Assembly: GCA_963777605.1 (NCBI GenBank)
Contig: CAVZRV010000007.1
Span: 672,001 to 736,000 of the forward strand
Source of the DNA: an uncultured Acidobacteriota bacterium
GTDB lineage: Bacteria; Acidobacteriota; UBA6911; RPQK01; JAPXNP01
DNA length: 64,000 nt
Reading direction: 5' to 3'
The notes beneath the pieces were generated by a model. The model was not told where the DNA came from, ran no database searches, and saw only the letters and a program-made list of their open reading frames with translations. Of the stretch, positions 59,906 to 64,000 are shown one piece after another (positions within the stretch are counted from its first letter, which is position 1; the number at the start of each line of letters is the position of its first letter). A program made the translations under genes and the position numbers.

Positions 59906-60844
59906 CTACGGCGTCCGCTTCAGGTACTTGAGCAAATCACTGTCGGTCGTCAGGATGAGTGTGCTGTTCTCGTCGGCCGTCGTTTCATAGGTTTCCAGGC
60001 TTTTGAGGAACGTGTAAAAGGTCACATCCCGGTTATAGGCCTCGGCATACACGCCGGTAGCCGTTGCGTCGGCCTTGCCTCTCAACTCCTGTGCGGTTCG
60101 GTAGGCTTCCGACTGAATCTGCGCAAGGTCGCGTTCCCTCTCCCCGTGAATTCGGGCCGCTTCCCCCTCGCCCTCGGAGCGATACCGTTGCGCCACCCGC
60201 TTTCTTTCGGCAATCATCCGTTCGAAGACATCTCTCTGGACCTCGTCAACGTAGTTGATCCGCTTGAACCGGATGTCGATCAACTCGATTCCCAGGTCCG
60301 CGGCACGCTCCTGGGCGCGTGTCAGGATTTCCCGGGTGATTGCTTCGCGTCCCATCTGGATCTCCTCCAGGATGGCTCGTTCCTCATCCGACTCCACCGT
60401 GACTCCCTGTTCCTGCCGATTCGAGCTGCGCACGACTTCCACAAGGTTCTGCCGCGCAACGGCATTTCGAGTCTCTCCATCGAGGATGTCATCCAGGCGG
60501 GACTGGGCACCTCGTTCATCTCTGAGCCGTTGAAAGAATTTGAGCGGATCCGTGATCCTCCAGCGGGCGTAGGTATTGACCCAGATGAATCGCTTGTCCT
60601 TGGTCGGAACCTGGTTGGAATCACCATCCCACTCCAGGAATCGTTTCTCGAAAAAGTTTGCCTTCTGTATGAACGGCAACTTCACGTGAATCCCGGGTTG
60701 CGTGATCGGATCGCCAACCGGATCCCCGAACTGGGTGATGATCACCTGCTGGCTTTCAGAGATCGTGTACAAGGAACTGTTCAGAACCAGAAATACAAAG
60801 AAGGCCACCGCGAAAGCGGTCAAATTCCAGGCGCCGAATTTCAT
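59906..60844 (-). CDS. hflC: FtsH modulator HflC (SPFH domain)
   Basis: QVIITQFG, KRINY, RMIAER, RSEGEG, FYTFLKSLETY. Confidence 0.93.
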   Translation of the reverse strand: MKFGAWNLTAFAVAFFVFLVLNSSLYTISESQQVIITQFGDPVGDPITQPGIHVKLPFIQKANFFEKRFLEWDGDSNQVPTKDKRFIWVNTYARWRITDPLKFFQRLRDERGAQSRLDDILDGETRNAVARQNLVEVVRSSNRQEQGVTVESDEERAILEEIQMGREAITREILTRAQERAADLGIELIDIRFKRINYVDEVQRDVFERMIAERKRVAQRYRSEGEGEAARIHGERERDLAQIQSEAYRTAQELRGKADATATGVYAEAYNRDVTFYTFLKSLETYETTADENSTLILTTDSDLLKYLKRTP

Positions 60845-61857
60845 TGGTCACCCCCTGTCGGCTGGCTGGCTGGCGCGAGCTTTCTGAATGTATCCATGGG
60901 AAGGAGCGGAAGGACCCCGCTGGCACCGCTGTCAAGGAGGAGCTTCCCGCCGAGTTTGGGGACCACCTTCTGCATTGTTTCCAGGTAGAGTCGTTTGCGT
61001 GTCACCTCGGGAGCTCGCCGATAGGCCTCGTAGAGCGCTTTGAACCGGGCCGCATCACCTTCTGCCCGGTTCGTTCGTTCCAGGGCGTAACCTTCCGCCT
61101 GGAGCACCTGCTGCTGGGCTTCTCCCCGGGCCCTCGGGATGACTTCGTTGTAGGCGGCCTGGGCTTCGTTGATCAGCCGGTCCTTCTGCTGCTGAGCCTG
61201 GTTGACCTCGTCCCACGACGGCTTCACCGGGTCAGGGGGATTCACATCCTGGAGCACGACCTGATCGATCGTGATGCCGGTTTCGTATTGGTCGCAAAGC
61301 TCCTGCAGCAGTTGCTGGACGCTCACCTCGATCTCTTGCCGTCCCACCGTCAGGACCTCAGTCACAGTTCGATCGCCCACAACCTGCCGCATGGTTGCCT
61401 CGGTCATGTTTCGGAAAGTTTCCTCAACGTTTCGAACCCGGAAGAGGAACTTGAAAGGATCCGACACCCGATACTGGACGATCCACTCGACCACGGCGAC
61501 GTTCAGGTCACCGGTCAGCATGACCGACTCTCCGGCAAAACTGTCGTCTGAGTAGCGGGTCCGTACCCCTGCCTGCTCCGTACGAAACCCGAACTCCTGC
61601 TTCAACTGCCTTTGTACCGGAACCTTGAGCACATCCTCGATAAAAGGCACCTTCAAGTGCAGGCCGGGGTCGGTACTTCGAACGTATTTCCCAAACCTCA
61701 GGACGATACCAACTTCCTCCGGCTGAACCTGATAGAAACAGCCAAACAAGGTCACCAGAAGAATGAAGCCCACTGCGATCGCTGTAATCAGTCTTCCAGA
61801 AATCCGCGGAGGCCGGAATTCTCTCAGGTCAAACTCGAACACATTTCTCTTGTCCAT
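60841..61857 (-). CDS. hflK: FtsH modulator HflK (SPFH domain)
   Basis: MLTGDLN, LQDVNPP, PRARGEA, APEVTRKRLYLETM. Confidence 0.93.
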   Translation of the reverse strand: MDKRNVFEFDLREFRPPRISGRLITAIAVGFILLVTLFGCFYQVQPEEVGIVLRFGKYVRSTDPGLHLKVPFIEDVLKVPVQRQLKQEFGFRTEQAGVRTRYSDDSFAGESVMLTGDLNVAVVEWIVQYRVSDPFKFLFRVRNVEETFRNMTEATMRQVVGDRTVTEVLTVGRQEIEVSVQQLLQELCDQYETGITIDQVVLQDVNPPDPVKPSWDEVNQAQQQKDRLINEAQAAYNEVIPRARGEAQQQVLQAEGYALERTNRAEGDAARFKALYEAYRRAPEVTRKRLYLETMQKVVPKLGGKLLLDSGASGVLPLLPMDTFRKLAPASQPTGGDQ

Positions 61858-62067
61858 CAGCCTCCCCAGTTTGGTGATTTACGGTGGTTGTCAACGTTGC
61901 CCTACCTGCATCCTAACGAACTGGCCCCGGCAATATCGCCCGAGCCGACTCTGGTCTGGTACGTATTTCCGCACGAAGTTATTCAATTTCAGCAAGGATC
62001 TGTATCGCAGTGCTCGCATTCGATAAGATAGAAGTGATCGGAAACCGATCTCGGGAAAGGAGGGGCT

Positions 62068-63096
62068 ATGAGAGCCGTGATCGTTTCTCTTGCCGTCTTC
62101 TCGTTACTCGTCCCGGCAGTCGTCGCCCAGGGAGCCGAGGCCTGCGGTGTGTGCCACTCAAAGATTCTCTCGGAGTGGCAATCTTCCCCCCACGCCAGGG
62201 CCTGGAGCAGTGAGCGATTCCAGTCGGAACTCCAGAAAACGAAAAACGGCGAATTCTGTGCCAATTGCCACGCGTCACTCTCGATCTGGGCCCAGGTCAA
62301 GATCGAGGGAGCGCCCGAGGGCACCGGCATACTTGAACCAAAAGCGGCCGGGCCGGTAGCCTACATCGCGGCCTTATCGGAGATCCCGTCGGCGCGGACC
62401 GACACCCTGGACGAAGGGGACAACTGCAACTCCTGCCACCTTGTCCAGGTCTTCAGCCCGGCGGGAAAACGTGAAGATTTCATGGGCCCCTACCATACCG
62501 CTGACGGACACACCGGGCGAGAGGCCGAGGAGTTCAAGACCCTTCGGGTCTGCGGAGCGTGCCATGGAAGGGCGGCGGACGACTATCTACCCGATGGAAC
62601 CGGCCTGGGAGCCGACTACTACCACGCCGGTGCGGAAGCAATTACGTTCCTCCGTCAAGGGGTAGACTGCAACGGGTGCCACATGCCCCGCCGTGAGGCC
62701 CGGCTCGTTCAACTCCGCACCTTCCGGAACCTGCCCCCCCGACAAGTCGGAAGTCACACATTTGCCGAAGCCCGTTACGACGGGCTGGCCAAGGCGCTGG
62801 AACTGGCCGCATCTGCGAACCAGCTTTCGGTCACCAACCGCGGCGTGGGACACCCGCTTCGGGTCTGCACCGATTCCCGCTTTCAGATCTCGATATCGGC
62901 CGTGCGAGGGAAAACCGAAATTGGGTCCCACCAGGTTCCCTTCCTCTCCGACCAGCGGTTGCTGCCCGGAGAGACGATCAGCGTCGATCTGCCGTTTGAG
63001 CTGCAGGCAGGGGATACGGTACGAGTCCAGCTCGGGCTCTTGAAGGAGGGGGCGGAACCTCAAACCGTCCTCGATCAGAAAATCAAGGCTGGCTAG
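62068..63096 (+). CDS. Exported pentaheme cytochrome c (c554-like fold likely)
   Basis: Signal peptide; CGVCH, CANCH, CNSCH, CGACH, CNGCHMP; AGGAGG SD. Confidence 0.85.
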   Translation: MRAVIVSLAVFSLLVPAVVAQGAEACGVCHSKILSEWQSSPHARAWSSERFQSELQKTKNGEFCANCHASLSIWAQVKIEGAPEGTGILEPKAAGPVAYIAALSEIPSARTDTLDEGDNCNSCHLVQVFSPAGKREDFMGPYHTADGHTGREAEEFKTLRVCGACHGRAADDYLPDGTGLGADYYHAGAEAITFLRQGVDCNGCHMPRREARLVQLRTFRNLPPRQVGSHTFAEARYDGLAKALELAASANQLSVTNRGVGHPLRVCTDSRFQISISAVRGKTEIGSHQVPFLSDQRLLPGETISVDLPFELQAGDTVRVQLGLLKEGAEPQTVLDQKIKAG

Positions 63097-63158
63097 TGTC
63101 CGGTCACTCTACAAGCTCGTCAGCACGAGCTTGTAGAGTAGATGCAGGAGCTTGGCAG

Positions 63159-63917
63159 GTGATTGATTTAACCGGTCGCACAGCGATCATCACAGGGGGA
63201 TCCCGCGGAATCGGGAGAGCTGCATCAACGTTACTGGCAAAGGCAGGGGCGAATGTCGTAATCGGGTACAATTCGGATCATTCCGCGGCCCGCTCCATCC
63301 TGGAGGAATTGAGGGTCTCAGGACACCACGGAGCTCTTCACTGCGGTGACATTTCCGATCCGCAAGCGGTTCTTGGCCTGTTTGAGACAGCTCGACGTGA
63401 ATTCGGCAAGATCGACATTGTCGTCGGCAATGCCGGCATCTGGAAGCGCAGCCCGATCGACGAGATGACGGAGCAAGATTGGCATGAGACCGTCAACACG
63501 AACCTCAGCTCAATCTACCTGACCTGCCGTGAAGCGGCCCGCGAGATGAAACCTCGACGATCGGGAAATGTCATTCTGATCAGCTCAACCGCCGGGCAAC
63601 GGGGAGAGCCCTATTACTCGCACTATGCTGCGACCAAGGGCGCAATCATCTCCATGACCAAGTCGCTCGCCGCCGAACTGGGACCCTGGAACATCCGCGT
63701 CAATGCCGTCGCACCTGGATGGGTGACGACCGACATGTGCCGTGACGTGATGTCCGAACCGGAACGCCGTGAGTCCATCGGAAAACAGATCCCGCTGGGC
63801 AGAATAGCCTCTGCCATGGACATAGCCGGACCGATCCTCTTTCTGGCTTCCGATCTCGCCGCGCACGTTCATGGCGAGATCCTGAATGTCAACGGGGGCT
63901 CGGTCCTCTGCGGTTGA
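63159..63917 (+). CDS. SDR family oxidoreductase (FabG-like)
   Basis: TGGSRGIG, NAG, YAATK, VNAVAPG. Start is 63159 (GGAG SD) or 63096. Confidence 0.92.
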   Translation: MIDLTGRTAIITGGSRGIGRAASTLLAKAGANVVIGYNSDHSAARSILEELRVSGHHGALHCGDISDPQAVLGLFETARREFGKIDIVVGNAGIWKRSPIDEMTEQDWHETVNTNLSSIYLTCREAAREMKPRRSGNVILISSTAGQRGEPYYSHYAATKGAIISMTKSLAAELGPWNIRVNAVAPGWVTTDMCRDVMSEPERRESIGKQIPLGRIASAMDIAGPILFLASDLAAHVHGEILNVNGGSVLCG

Positions 63918-64000
63918 GCTCTCTGAACGGCCGTCTCAGGTCAAAATGTGAACAGAATTCCGCCAGAGAACTCCTGTTCGGTCACGGTCCGGCTCTCAAC

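Overview
A GC-rich bacterial chromosomal window, most likely Acidobacteriota. This is inferred from the Oar-like TonB-dependent receptor, GWxTD, CRTAC1/ASPIC-UnbV, many TPR proteins and an Ig-domain Pal. I see no rRNA, tRNA, CRISPR array, transposase, integrase or prophage. Left part: a truncated M24 peptidase, then an envelope cluster (TonB receptor, TPR, GWxTD, TPR, CRTAC1) interleaved with REP-like and heptamer repeats. Next come lpxD, a PaaK/CapK-like ligase, DUF6786, a gluconate-dehydrogenase gamma subunit coupled to a nonaheme cytochrome c, a nitrilase and an exported AGE epimerase. A Pho-box-preceded pstSCAB-B operon follows, whose two PstB copies have complementary degenerate ATPase motifs. 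Middle: URO-D-like protein, lipoate ligase, ald, a DegP-type protease, an alanine symporter, uvrD/pcrA and a TPR protein. Then a two-gene operon (ParB-like plus spore-photoproduct-lyase-like radical SAM), a metalloenzyme, an RsbU-like phosphatase, Pal and three M16 peptidases. Right: rimP-nusA-infB-DUF503-DHH-truB with no rbfA, then SEC-C, LOG, PhoD-like, a Tat-exported Gfo/Idh/MocA oxidoreductase, YfiT, hflKC, a pentaheme cytochrome and an SDR. Two clear single-base frameshifts (pstS, DHH) and one probable one (M16) may be assembly errors. Best candidates for undescribed biology: the ParB plus SPL-like pair, the asymmetric PstB heterodimer, the TonB/TPR/GWxTD/CRTAC1 module, and the gamma subunit plus nonaheme cytochrome with no flavoprotein. 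All product calls come from reading motifs by eye; no database search was run.
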